Of a stretch of DNA of 64,000 bases, positions 8,878-17,370 are shown piece after piece. The notes beneath the pieces are model-generated. The model made no database searches. It worked only from the letters and a program-made list of their open reading frames with translations, and was not told the origin of the DNA. Location of the stretch: positions 465,830 through 529,829 of the forward strand of contig OY969116.1 in NCBI GenBank assembly GCA_963698075.1. The letters run 5' to 3'. The position numbers were made by a program, and so were the translations under genes. This stretch comes from an uncultured Candidatus Berkelbacteria bacterium (GTDB lineage: Bacteria; Patescibacteriota; UBA1384; UBA12157; JAENIV01). Position 1 is the first letter of the stretch, and every line of letters begins with the position of its first letter.

Positions 8878-9138
8878 CTATCTTTTTTCTTCAACCCCGC
8901 CTGCCGGCGAGGCAGGTTTTGGTTTTTTCTTCCAGACAATTAGCAAGCTTCCAGCTACAAACAAAACCATCGCCACCGCGCCCAAGATATCGGTCTTAAT
9001 CCCAACGGTTAGATTGGGAATTAAAAGAATAAAGGCGCCAGCAAAAATTAAAAAGCCCAATCCCATTTTGACTTGCCGAGTCCAAAAAGCGTAAAGACTA
9101 GCCAAAAGAGAAATAATCGCCAAAAAAGTTTGATACAT
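8878..9138 (-). CDS. Small membrane protein (86 aa, about 3 TM segments)
   Basis: Hydrophobic segments with a C-terminal KKKPKP tail. Confidence 0.35.
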   Translation of the reverse strand: MYQTFLAIISLLASLYAFWTRQVKMGLGFLIFAGAFILLIPNLTVGIKTDILGAVAMVLFVAGSLLIVWKKKPKPASPAGGVEEKR

Positions 9139-9163
9139 AGATTCCTTTCTTTTTGCATTCGCA

Positions 9164-9781
9164 TTATTTTAATTTACCGCTGATTAACATTTGGTCTTGT
9201 TCAAGTTGGACATCGTTAACTTGATAATTTTCATAAAGACTAGCAAAATTTTCATCCAAAATATTATTTAAAGATTTTTCGATTTCTGTCCGGAAATATC
9301 CCGGTAAATTTAGCCGGCTAACCATCACTTTTTGGACTTTTAGTTTTAATTTGCCATCCGAGATTTCTGGCATCGACATCATTTGTAAATTAAACTTTAT
9401 CAGTTTTAGTTTGACCAATTCGCCTTTAGTTTCGATGCCCAGTTCATCGATTGAAAATTCTAAATTTTGGACTTGCCAGCCACCAGTTGAAAGTATTCCT
9501 CCTGCCATAGAGTTTAAATCTTTGGCGGATATCGGAATTGAAAAAGTTGGATTGACCTGAGGATTCAGTTGAAATTTATTTGAAAAATTCTCTGATGCTC
9601 TCTTCGGCGATATTCTAACCGTTCTGATTTTACTGCCCCCATAAAAAGTTAACCCACCAACAATTAGCGCCATCAAAACAAACAGAATGATCATCGTTGG
9701 AAAGGTACAACAACTCCGCCGAGCGGTTTTTCGATCCATATCCTTGTAAAACTCACTCTCCGGGCTCGTTTTCTCGCTCAA
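9164..9781 (-). CDS. Hypothetical membrane-anchored protein (205 aa)
   Basis: The N-terminal TM segment MIILFVLMALIVGGLTFYG is the only recognisable feature. Confidence 0.35.
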   Translation of the reverse strand: MSEKTSPESEFYKDMDRKTARRSCCTFPTMIILFVLMALIVGGLTFYGGSKIRTVRISPKRASENFSNKFQLNPQVNPTFSIPISAKDLNSMAGGILSTGGWQVQNLEFSIDELGIETKGELVKLKLIKFNLQMMSMPEISDGKLKLKVQKVMVSRLNLPGYFRTEIEKSLNNILDENFASLYENYQVNDVQLEQDQMLISGKLK

Positions 9782-11357
9782 GCGACCTCCCTGAAACTCT
9801 GGCCCAAACTATTTTGATTGAATCGATTTCTTCACAATTGAAGATCCAAGCAATTAAAAGAAAGATGATTGTTCCCCCGAGCATAGCTAAAACAGTCTGC
9901 GTTAAAACTCCCCAAAAACGATGCATATCCACAAAAAGGGCGGCAAGAAATTTTATCTCCTGCATCGCCACTGCCATAATTAATGAAGCGACGATGACTT
10001 TAGCCACAAATGACAAAAGTGGCCACTCGTTTAAGAGAATTTTCTTTCTCAAAAGAAAGTATAAAATCAGAGAATTAAAAAATGAGCCGATTGAATAAGC
10101 TAGGGCCAGGCCAGTGATGCCCATTTTGGGCGCCAAAAAAAGACTGGCAATTATTGATAAGGCCACAGCAATTATCGTCACCATCATCGGGATTTTGGTG
10201 TTATGCAGGGCATAAAAAGATCTGGCCAGCAAAGGTACGGTGCTGGTAAAAACCAAAGCCACAGCAAAATATCCTAGGGTATTCGCTGTATCAATTGTTT
10301 GCTGCCAGCCAAAAAACCCTGAACCCAAAATTAACCGCACAATTTGGGCCCGAAGCAGAATTACCCCAAAAACAATTGGCACCATAAAGAAAAGAATTGA
10401 GCGCAACGTTTTGGTAAAATAATTAGCAAAACTTCCTAAATCATCTTTAGCATAATTTTCCGCCAAGGTCGGAAAAATCGCCATCGCAAAGGAAGTGCCG
10501 AAAACCACCATCGGCATCGTTTGAATATTGTCAGCTAAATTATAAACAGCCACTGCTGCTCCTCCCAGAGCCGAAGCTAACCCCGTAAAAACCAAAAGCA
10601 TGATTTGGTTGGCGCCAAGACCGATTGCCCGTGGAAACATCAAAACCCCAATTTTTCTCACGTAACTATTCTTATAATTTAAAATCTTTTGCCAGCGCCA
10701 ACCAAGAGAGACCGCCACTGGCACTTGGATGGCCATGTGTAAAAAAGCGCCGGCGACCACCGCTAAAGCAACGCCAACAATGCCGACCCGGTCAGCAAAA
10801 AAGATTGTTCCTAAAATAATTGAAACATTGTAAACCAATGGTGCTAAAGAATAGACCATAAATCTTTTGAAGGAATTCAAAATCGCCCCAAAAATGTAAG
10901 AAAGGCCGAAAAATATTGGTGAGGCCAGCATTATCCGGGCCAGATTCACCGTCAGATTTCTTTTAGCCTCGTCAAATCCTGGCACAAAAAGCGGAACTAT
11001 TAATGGCATTAAAATCGCCAAAATCGCACAAGCGATAATGAGCGAAATAATCGCAATATTAATCACCGAATTGGCAACTTCCCAGGCATCTTTTTGCTTT
11101 TTACTTGCCAAAAGAGAAGAGAAAATTGGAATAAAAGCTGAAGCAATTGCCCCCAAAATCAGGATATTAAATATTAGATCCGGAATTCTAAAAGCGGCAT
11201 AATAAACTGATAAAATATCAGTGGGAATTTTTTGAGAAAGATAATGGTCTCTAATAACGCCCAAAACATTCGATAAAAAAAGAGTGATAATTAGAATCAC
11301 GGAAGCGGCCCGATATGAATTTTTGCCGCCTAAAAATTTCGCGAAAAAATTCCTCAT
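9753..11357 (-). CDS. murJ: Lipid II flippase MurJ (MviN family)
   Basis: About 14 TM segments, 534 aa. The N-terminal KFLGGKNS...AAFRIPDLIFNILILGAIASAFIPIFS region is typical of MurJ. Confidence 0.8.
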   Translation of the reverse strand: MRNFFAKFLGGKNSYRAASVILIITLFLSNVLGVIRDHYLSQKIPTDILSVYYAAFRIPDLIFNILILGAIASAFIPIFSSLLASKKQKDAWEVANSVINIAIISLIIACAILAILMPLIVPLFVPGFDEAKRNLTVNLARIMLASPIFFGLSYIFGAILNSFKRFMVYSLAPLVYNVSIILGTIFFADRVGIVGVALAVVAGAFLHMAIQVPVAVSLGWRWQKILNYKNSYVRKIGVLMFPRAIGLGANQIMLLVFTGLASALGGAAVAVYNLADNIQTMPMVVFGTSFAMAIFPTLAENYAKDDLGSFANYFTKTLRSILFFMVPIVFGVILLRAQIVRLILGSGFFGWQQTIDTANTLGYFAVALVFTSTVPLLARSFYALHNTKIPMMVTIIAVALSIIASLFLAPKMGITGLALAYSIGSFFNSLILYFLLRKKILLNEWPLLSFVAKVIVASLIMAVAMQEIKFLAALFVDMHRFWGVLTQTVLAMLGGTIIFLLIAWIFNCEEIDSIKIVWARVSGRSLERENEPGE

Positions 11358-11398
11358 AGATCTATTTTAGTGCTAAATAAAGATAAATTCAATTTGCT

Positions 11399-12553
11399 TT
11401 AGATCATTTCATCATCATCGATATCTTCTCTACCTTCTGGCGGTTCGAATTGTCCCTTTTTCTTTTTCCGCCACCACCAAATAACAAAGATGGTAGCCGT
11501 AATCAAAACCGGGACGCCAATAAAGAGAATTAAGGCCCAGGTTGTCGAAATTCCAAAACCAGCGACTTTCGTTTCGGGCGAAGGCGTGAATTCAGACGGA
11601 AAGAGAGATTCAATGGGTGTTGGACTGCTGATAATTTCCGACGTCGGTGTCACCAAGGCCACCTCGGTCGGTGTCGGGCTGGGCAAGTTTTCGGGGGGTG
11701 ATGTCTCTGATGGCTCAGGCGTCGGTGAAGGTGAGGCTGGTGTTGGTGAGGGTTTTAGACAATCAGAATAGGTCACACATTCGTTGGCCCCCGCACCACT
11801 GACCTTGAGACAGACGCGCTTAGCGGCATTACAAACATGATGATGCTCAACGGCAACCTGACAGTCAATGTCACTTGAACACTGATTGGCGCCGGCGCCG
11901 CTCATTGTCTGGCAAGTTTGGCTCGATGTATCACAAACCGAGTGAGATTCGTTACCGGCAACAGTTATGTTCATTGGAACCGCAGAGGTCAAAATATCAT
12001 TACCCCCTGCCTTGGCAATCACATCGGTGTCGCCGATTGTCCCACTGGTAAAATCAAAATTCAAGTTAGATGTTCCCGCCGCCTTGGCACTGAAATAAAT
12101 TATTGCCACTGTGCCAGCTCCCGAAAAACCCAAACCATTCGCGTCAGGCGTCTTGGCGACATAAGTGACCTTGCCGGTCGTTGTCTCAACGCTATTTTCT
12201 AAAACCGCCAAATCTCCCAAAGAACCAGGAGCAACTTGAACCCCGGCGCTCGCTTCATCTTGATCGACAACATCTAAAACCGATGTATTGTAGTTAAATG
12301 ATCTCAGGGCCACCTCAGAAACCTCGGTACCTCCGGTATCAAGATTGATATAAACCGTGAAAGTGACTCCAGGTTTATAAGTTGACGAGTCTGATTGTAG
12401 ACTTAAAGAAGCCTCACCCGGTGCCGCAAGGGGGGTAATTTTGCCGACGGCAATCGCCCAAATAAAGACACCGACACCGAACAAAATCACGAGAACAATT
12501 AAAGAATAAATTACTTGAAGTTTTTTGGGCAGTCTCTTAAAACGGCGCCACAT
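11399..12553 (-). CDS. Surface protein with duplicated Cys-rich modules, a Pro/Thr/Ser linker and a C-terminal TM + KKKK anchor
   Basis: N-terminal signal anchor. Two C..C..SGAGAN(Q/E)C...DC repeats. A PSPTPE linker. C-terminal hydrophobic segment followed by WWWRKKKKG. Confidence 0.45.
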   Translation of the reverse strand: MWRRFKRLPKKLQVIYSLIVLVILFGVGVFIWAIAVGKITPLAAPGEASLSLQSDSSTYKPGVTFTVYINLDTGGTEVSEVALRSFNYNTSVLDVVDQDEASAGVQVAPGSLGDLAVLENSVETTTGKVTYVAKTPDANGLGFSGAGTVAIIYFSAKAAGTSNLNFDFTSGTIGDTDVIAKAGGNDILTSAVPMNITVAGNESHSVCDTSSQTCQTMSGAGANQCSSDIDCQVAVEHHHVCNAAKRVCLKVSGAGANECVTYSDCLKPSPTPASPSPTPEPSETSPPENLPSPTPTEVALVTPTSEIISSPTPIESLFPSEFTPSPETKVAGFGISTTWALILFIGVPVLITATIFVIWWWRKKKKGQFEPPEGREDIDDDEMI

Positions 12554-12589
12554 CCAAACCCTCCTTTATTATCTATCTTTAAAATATCT

Positions 12590-14404
12590 TTAACTAAAGA
12601 GTTTGTCAAACTCTGGACCTTCAATCGTTTCTTCCCGGACGAGTTTATCGGCGATTTTTTTTAAGATATTTTTCTTTTTCTTTAAAATTTCCGTCGCCAC
12701 TTTCTGGGCTTGCGAAATTATCGCTGAGACTTCTTTATCGATCTCCGCGGCGATTGTTTCGGAATAATTGCGTTCCTCGTGAATTTCCCGACCCAAAAAG
12801 ATTAATTCTTCTTTCTCACCTAAAACAACAGGGCCTAATTTCTCAGACATGCCATAAATCATTACCATATCTCGAGCCATTTTGGTGGCACGTCTGAGAT
12901 CATTTTGGGCGCCGGTCGTCACTTGTCCAAAAATTATTTTTTCCGCCGCAAAACCAGCTAACAATTGAGCGATGTCATCTTGAAATTTGGCTTTCGAATA
13001 GAGTTTACGATCTTCTTGAGGTAATGACCAAGTATATCCCAAAGCTACCCCGCGCGAGACCACCGAAACCTTGTGAATCGGGTCGCAATTGGGCAAAACT
13101 TTGCCGACGATTGAATGTCCGGCCTCGTGGAAAGCAGAAATTTCTTTTTCTTTGGGTGACATGAGGTGAGATTTTCTCTCGGGACCAAGCATGACTTTTT
13201 CAATTGAATCGGATAAATCTTTTTGTCTGATTTCTTTCTCGTTGTTGCGGGCTGCCAAAATTGCCGCTTCGTTCATAATATTGCGAAGATCGGCTCCCGA
13301 AAGACCGGCTGTTTGTTTGGCAATAATCCCTAAATCAGCTTCATGATCGAGAGGTTTTCCCCGTGAATGAATCTTCAAAATCGCCTCACGCTCATTAAGA
13401 TCGGGTAAGTCAATGACGATGCGCCGATCAAAACGGCCAGGTCTAAGTAGGGCCGGGTCTAAAACATCGGGACGATTGGTCGCCGCCACCACAATTACCC
13501 GTGTATCGGTCTCAAAACCGTCCATTTCCACCAAAATTTGATTTAAAGTTTGCTCTCTCTCGTCATGCGAACCGCCCAAACCCGCGCCCCGCTGACGGCC
13601 AATGGCATCGAGCTCATCGACAAAAAGAATCGCCGGAGCATTGCGTTTAGCTTTTTGGAATAAATCTCTTACTCTCGCGGCTCCCACCCCAACGAACATC
13701 TCGACAAATTCTGAAGCCGAGATCGAAAAGAAAGGCACGCCGGCTTCGCCAGCAACGGCTTTGGCCAAGAGAGTCTTGCCTGTCCCTGGCGGACCAACCA
13801 ACAGAACTCCCTTGGGAATTTCCGCCCCTAATTGTCTGAATTTACCAGGACTTCGTAAAAATTCCACTACTTCTTGAAGCTCTTGCTTTGGTTCAAGGAG
13901 ACCTGCCACATCGCGAAAGGTAATTTTTTTGGCACCAGGACCAAAAAGACGCGCCCGCGATTGACCAAAAGACATCGCCCTAATATTGCCAATTTGAGCT
14001 TGCCGAAGCATAAAGTACAAAAAACCGCCGATTAGAAGAAACGGTAAAACAATTGACAAGAATGTGGGCCAAAAAGTACTTTTATCAGGATTGTTGACGT
14101 CAATCGCCACTTTATCGGGAGTAATCCCATAATCTTTTAAAGTCGCCGAAGCTTCTTTATACCCTTGCTGCTCGGTACCATCTTTGAGTTTAGCCGTAAT
14201 TTGGTCTTGATTAACCGTAATCGAGGTCACCTTGCCATCCTGGACTTCTTGAGCAATCTCGGAAATCGGCACTTGCTGAGGTTTACTGCCAGATGGGGCC
14301 ACCAAAGAATAGATAATTAAGCCAACGACAAGGGCGACAATTACATAAAAAATATTACGAAAGCAATTTCCTCTATTCATAGAGATATATTTTAACCCAA
14401 CCAA
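12590..14404 (-). CDS. ftsH: ATP-dependent zinc metalloprotease FtsH
   Basis: Walker A GPPGTGKT, the AAA second region of homology, and the zinc-binding HEAGH motif, with N-terminal TM segments. Confidence 0.9.
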   Translation of the reverse strand: MVGLKYISMNRGNCFRNIFYVIVALVVGLIIYSLVAPSGSKPQQVPISEIAQEVQDGKVTSITVNQDQITAKLKDGTEQQGYKEASATLKDYGITPDKVAIDVNNPDKSTFWPTFLSIVLPFLLIGGFLYFMLRQAQIGNIRAMSFGQSRARLFGPGAKKITFRDVAGLLEPKQELQEVVEFLRSPGKFRQLGAEIPKGVLLVGPPGTGKTLLAKAVAGEAGVPFFSISASEFVEMFVGVGAARVRDLFQKAKRNAPAILFVDELDAIGRQRGAGLGGSHDEREQTLNQILVEMDGFETDTRVIVVAATNRPDVLDPALLRPGRFDRRIVIDLPDLNEREAILKIHSRGKPLDHEADLGIIAKQTAGLSGADLRNIMNEAAILAARNNEKEIRQKDLSDSIEKVMLGPERKSHLMSPKEKEISAFHEAGHSIVGKVLPNCDPIHKVSVVSRGVALGYTWSLPQEDRKLYSKAKFQDDIAQLLAGFAAEKIIFGQVTTGAQNDLRRATKMARDMVMIYGMSEKLGPVVLGEKEELIFLGREIHEERNYSETIAAEIDKEVSAIISQAQKVATEILKKKKNILKKIADKLVREETIEGPEFDKLFS

Positions 14405-14426
14405 AATTTAATTTCAAGTGGCTAAT

Positions 14427-14616
14427 GGTGGCAGCGGCAAGATTCGAACTTGCGACCAACGGCTTATCTCTTCTTCGAATCAGAGATATTTTGCTTGGTG
14501 CCAGCGGCAGGATTTGAACCTGCGACCTAGGGCTTATGAGTCCCTCGCTCTACCCCTGAGCTACGCTGGCAAGCAAAATGGTGAGTCCGCTGCTCTACCA
14601 CTGAGCTACGCTGCCA
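14427..14616 (-). tRNA. Split CAU tRNA gene (5' exon about 14582-14616, 3' exon about 14427-14467 with encoded CCA) interrupted by a ~115-nt insert that contains a whole tRNA-Met gene
   Basis: 5' half: GGCAGCG-TA-GCTC-AGTGGTA-GAGC-A-GCGGA-CTCA. 3' half: (A)TAA-GCCGT-TGGTC-GCAAG-TTCGAAT-CTTGC-CGCTGCC-A-CCA. Joined, they give a perfect 76-nt cloverleaf with anticodon CAT. The insert is flanked by the 10-bp inverted repeat ATTTTGCTTG/CAAGCAAAAT. Confidence 0.5.
14496..14570 (-). tRNA. tRNA-Met (anticodon CAT), intact, nested inside the split tRNA
   Basis: Reverse complement: GCCAGCG-TA-GCTC-AGGGGTA-GAGC-G-AGGGA-CTCATAA-GCCCT-AGGTC-GCAGG-TTCAAAT-CCTGC-CGCTGGC-A-CCA. Confidence 0.8.
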
Positions 14617-14663
14617 CTTCTCAAAAAAAGGATATAATCCGTTTTAAAGGAAGGAATTTTGCT

Positions 14664-14738
14664 TGGTAGCGGGGGGCGGATTTGCACCGCCGATCTCGAG
14701 GTTATGAGCCTCGCGAGATACTACTTCTCCACCCCGCG
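14664..14738 (-). tRNA. Initiator-like tRNA-fMet (anticodon CAT) with atypical D and T loops
   Basis: Reverse complement: CGCGGGG-TG-GAGA-AGTAGTA-TCTC-G-CGAGG-CTCATAA-CCTCG-AGATC-GGCGG-TGCAAAT-CCGCC-CCCCGCT-A-CCA. It has a C1xU72 mismatch and an A11:U24 pair, both initiator hallmarks. The D loop lacks GG and the T loop is TGCAAAT. Confidence 0.65.
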
Positions 14739-14972
14739 TCGTAATATATCTTTGAGAAACTCCCTTCCGACACCACTCTTGAAATACTTCTCTTTTTTTC
14801 TAGCCTCTGTCCGCGACGAAAATTTCTCAGAATATATTAGTTTGTATGGTCTATATGCTTTTGTCGATCTATGATATCCATGCAGGTGTTCATGGAGCCT
14901 CCTCCTTATCGAATTAGTAATTCCCGTATATAAACGTTTATTATTATTCGCTAACACATAGACATAATACAT
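14721..14972 (-). CDS. GIY-YIG domain nuclease (YhbQ/URI-like, 83 aa)
   Basis: MYYVYVLANNNKRLYTGITNSIRRRLHEHLHG is the GIY-YIG motif. The last codons RGVEK-stop are encoded by the 5' end of the tRNA-fMet gene, an 18-nt overlap. Confidence 0.7.
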   Translation of the reverse strand: MYYVYVLANNNKRLYTGITNSIRRRLHEHLHGYHRSTKAYRPYKLIYSEKFSSRTEARKKEKYFKSGVGREFLKDILRRGVEK

Positions 14973-15003
14973 CTTAGTATACTAATGCATGCGCATTATA
15001 AGG

Positions 15004-15057
15004 CTCGCGAGACCTGCCTGCCGGCAGGCAGGTACTACTTCTCCACCCCGCGTCATC
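15004..15057 (-). pseudogene. Duplicated 5' fragment of the tRNA-fMet gene with a 22-nt palindromic insert
   Basis: CCACCCCGCG...ACTACTTCTCC repeats tRNA-fMet positions 1-20. Then comes the insert ACCTGCCTGCCGGCAGGCAGGT. Then an anticodon arm with loop CTTATAA and no 3' half. Confidence 0.5.
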
Positions 15058-15146
15058 TTTCACATCATACAACAAAAAACTCGAACTGGAGAGCTCATAA
15101 TTATTTTATCAGCAAATCGGCCAAAAATCAAGATATATGGAAATCT

Positions 15147-16241
15147 TTAAAATATCCAAGTAGCGGTAATTCCTACCTGCCGACCAGGCTGGCTTTTGGC
15201 AAGTTTACTTTTCCTTAAGATAACTAAACCAATCCCCGTCACAGCCAGGCCAGAAAAAACAATCACATAAATTATCCAATAATTTTTAAGGGAATTTTTG
15301 AAACCAGCAAATAAACCTTGTTCTTGCTCGCCCGTATTTTTGGTAATTACGGTTTTGTTGACGGTTAATTTTCCCAAGATCAAATTCGAGGATGTCCCAG
15401 CTTTATCTTTAGCCACAATTTTAACCTCGGCAGTCCCCTCTTTTTCGATTTTTTGACGAACTGTATAAGTTTTTTCACCATCGTTACTGGTGATTGTCGG
15501 CGCTTCCAAAAGATTTATCTTCTGATCAAAAACCTGGGCTTCAAGGCTTTGAACATCACCAGTAATCGTCGCTCCAAAAGTGACCTCCTCGCCAGCAAAA
15601 ATCGTTTGGGGAGAAAATGAAGATTTTTCCCTCACAAAAACCACCGGTTCGACTGAGGATGTCGGGGTTGGATTGGGATTAGCCGACTGATTGGCTTGAG
15701 GCTGGTTAGTAGTTTCGTTTGCCGGGGTCGCCTGTTCTGAAGCAACTTCCCCACCTTCAAGCGGCGTCCCAAATTCTTGAGCCACTAAAATCGTCTCTGC
15801 CCCCTCATAAGTGCCGGAGATGACGGCAATACCAATTTCTCGAAAGTTGGGATTTAAAATATTTTGACGGTGAGTGGCAGAAGCCATCCAAGCATTAAAA
15901 AGTTCGCTAGCATCAGTATAGCCAATAGCCAAGTTCTCGCCGGCATAGGAATAATTATAACCCGCGCCTTTAATAAAGTCCCAAGGGGTTTTCCCCGAAG
16001 GTGAAGTATGGGCAAAATATTGATTGGTAAGCATATCTTGGGCTTTAGCATAAGCCGCCGAAGAAAGTTTTGAGTTGGAAGTTAGCGCTCCCAGACCGTT
16101 ACGGGCGCGCGCCGAATTAGTCATTGAAACTAAGGATCCAGCTGAATAGGCCGCTTGAGCATAGCTAAAATTCGCGAGAACTAATGAAAGAAAAATAAAT
16201 CCGCTAATAAATTTTAAAACTTTGATTTTTGTTTTTGACAC
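15147..16241 (-). CDS. Secreted/anchored CAP-domain (SCP/PR-1, YkwD-like) protein with Pro/Thr-rich linker and C-terminal TM
   Basis: Signal peptide, then the CAP-domain core YFAHTSPSG...GENLA...W..S..H..N. C-terminal TM segment followed by RKSKLAK. Confidence 0.65.
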   Translation of the reverse strand: MSKTKIKVLKFISGFIFLSLVLANFSYAQAAYSAGSLVSMTNSARARNGLGALTSNSKLSSAAYAKAQDMLTNQYFAHTSPSGKTPWDFIKGAGYNYSYAGENLAIGYTDASELFNAWMASATHRQNILNPNFREIGIAVISGTYEGAETILVAQEFGTPLEGGEVASEQATPANETTNQPQANQSANPNPTPTSSVEPVVFVREKSSFSPQTIFAGEEVTFGATITGDVQSLEAQVFDQKINLLEAPTITSNDGEKTYTVRQKIEKEGTAEVKIVAKDKAGTSSNLILGKLTVNKTVITKNTGEQEQGLFAGFKNSLKNYWIIYVIVFSGLAVTGIGLVILRKSKLAKSQPGRQVGITATWIF

Positions 16242-16284
16242 ATCCCCTCCTGAGGATTTTATCCCTTTTTGAGGATATTAAAGT

Positions 16285-16313
16285 ATTGTACCATAAAAAT
16301 CGCCCCGTGTCAA
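16285..16313 (-). promoter_or_regulatory. Sigma70-like promoter for the CAP-domain gene
   Basis: On the minus strand, TTGACA (16308-16313), a 17-nt spacer, then TACAAT (16285-16290). An AGGAGG ribosome-binding site and the ATG follow about 40 nt downstream. Confidence 0.5.
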
Positions 16314-16480
16314 TACACGGTGTTCAAATTTCTAAGCTCCAATTTCTAAATAGCGAGCCATGTGTCCTCAAAAGTGGCTCTCGCAGGCCAAAAAGCACGG
16401 TCCCAGAGCGAAGCGGCGGGTTTTTGGCCGAGAGCGCAGGCACCGATTGCGCGCTGGAGCAATCGTAGTGCCGGCATCTT

Positions 16481-16509
16481 TTGACGGATACTGGCGAGCG
16501 ATATATAAT
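16481..16509 (+). promoter_or_regulatory. Sigma70-like promoter (TTGACG-17-TATAAT) reading into the GC-rich non-coding region
   Basis: TTGACG at 16481-16486, spacer GATACTGGCGAGCGATA, then TATAAT at 16504-16509. Confidence 0.45.
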
Positions 16510-16515
16510 AAAAAT

Positions 16516-16762
16516 GAGTTGACCGATCAATCGGGATGATGGATGAAAGGGGGTGATCTAGGAAGAAGTCTAATACTGTCTGTCCTCGGTGACTAGAGCC
16601 CTGCCGGCGTCATCGAGAAAAAAAGACGTGTGTATGTGGGTCGGTTGTAACTGGTCCCGTTGGGTTAGCAGGTCCAGCGGGGCCAGCTCTCATTCGACTC
16701 TTCTCATCGACATGCCTCTTGTGGTCCAGGGCCACTCCCCATGGGGTGGCCCTGTTGTTTTT
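16516..16762 (+). ncRNA. Candidate structured small RNA (~245 nt) of unknown class
   Basis: About 55-60% GC in a ~37% GC background. It starts about 7 nt after a consensus promoter. It ends at a 12-bp GC hairpin CAGGGCCACTCC/GGGGTGGCCCTG followed by TTGTTTTT. No convincing ORF. It contains a CAGGTCC segment loosely like SRP RNA helix 8, which I could not verify. Confidence 0.3.
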
Positions 16763-16783
16763 AAAAACTATCCGGATTTACGC

Positions 16784-16808
16784 AAAAACCCGCGGTTAGC
16801 GGGTTTTT
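16784..16808. terminator. Bidirectional intrinsic terminator
   Basis: AAAAACCCGC-GGTTA-GCGGGTTTTT has A/T runs on both sides. It lies just downstream of the minus-strand LPXTG gene. Confidence 0.5.
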
Positions 16809-16837
16809 GCTTTGTTTTTGATTTTGAATTTTTTAAA

Positions 16838-17341
16838 TTAAATCTTAATTTTTTGCCAACCGCGAACCTTTAAGTAATAGGTCAACATCAGCGAGCCGAT
16901 TATCAAGAAATAATAGATCCAGATGTAATTAACATCAGCACCAGTAACCGGTAATGTGCTTACTTCTGACGCCGTTGTGCCTAAAACTTGCGGAGTTGGA
17001 GTGGACCTTAAAGTTCCACCACCCTGGCAGCAGGGAGTATTGGTCAAGGTTGGGGTTGGGGTTGGTGTGGGCGTGCAAGTTGGGGTGGGAGTCGGTGTTG
17101 GCTGAGTTTTCCCAGGGCAACCCCCTGCAGGGGCTGGGATGATATCGCCACTGTGATGGATGTGACCATTAAGCTGACCCTGGTTGTCAACGGTAATTGT
17201 CACATATGGATTAGTTGCCGATCCTGTATGATGACACAAGGTTACCGGCTGAAAACCGCTACTTGATTGTTTCGCCTGGACAACTGAAGCAACAGAAACC
17301 ACCAATAAGAAAATGATTAAGCCAGCAAAAATTTTCGACAT
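16838..17341 (-). CDS. LPXTG-anchored surface protein (sortase substrate)
   Basis: Signal peptide, a TPTPTPTCTPTPTPTPT linker, and a C-terminal LPVTG followed by a hydrophobic segment and KVRGWQKIKI. Confidence 0.7.
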   Translation of the reverse strand: MSKIFAGLIIFLLVVSVASVVQAKQSSSGFQPVTLCHHTGSATNPYVTITVDNQGQLNGHIHHSGDIIPAPAGGCPGKTQPTPTPTPTCTPTPTPTPTLTNTPCCQGGGTLRSTPTPQVLGTTASEVSTLPVTGADVNYIWIYYFLIIGSLMLTYYLKVRGWQKIKI

Positions 17342-17370
17342 AAATTTCCCTTCCTAGCCCTCCACAATTT

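Noticed and set aside
14418-15218. Three predicted + strand ORFs (83, 71 and 77 aa) across the tRNA cluster
   Set aside because: They are built from reverse complements of tRNA genes and the GIY-YIG gene. There is no coding evidence.
16516-16762. Assignment of the candidate sRNA to SRP RNA, tmRNA or RNase P RNA
   Set aside because: Only a 7-nt CAGGUCC match to SRP helix 8 was found. No tmRNA tag or tRNA-like end was found. No RNase P P4 (GGAAAGUCC) motif was found. It is left as unclassified.
16589-16873. A 94-aa ORF within the GC-rich intergenic island
   Set aside because: It has no ribosome-binding site. It spans two terminator hairpins. The region is better explained as structured non-coding RNA plus terminators.
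16980-17110. ACC/CCA-rich microrepeats (TPTPTP coding) that resemble a simple-sequence repeat
   Set aside because: They are coding Pro/Thr linkers of an LPXTG protein. Similar linkers occur in several surface proteins here.
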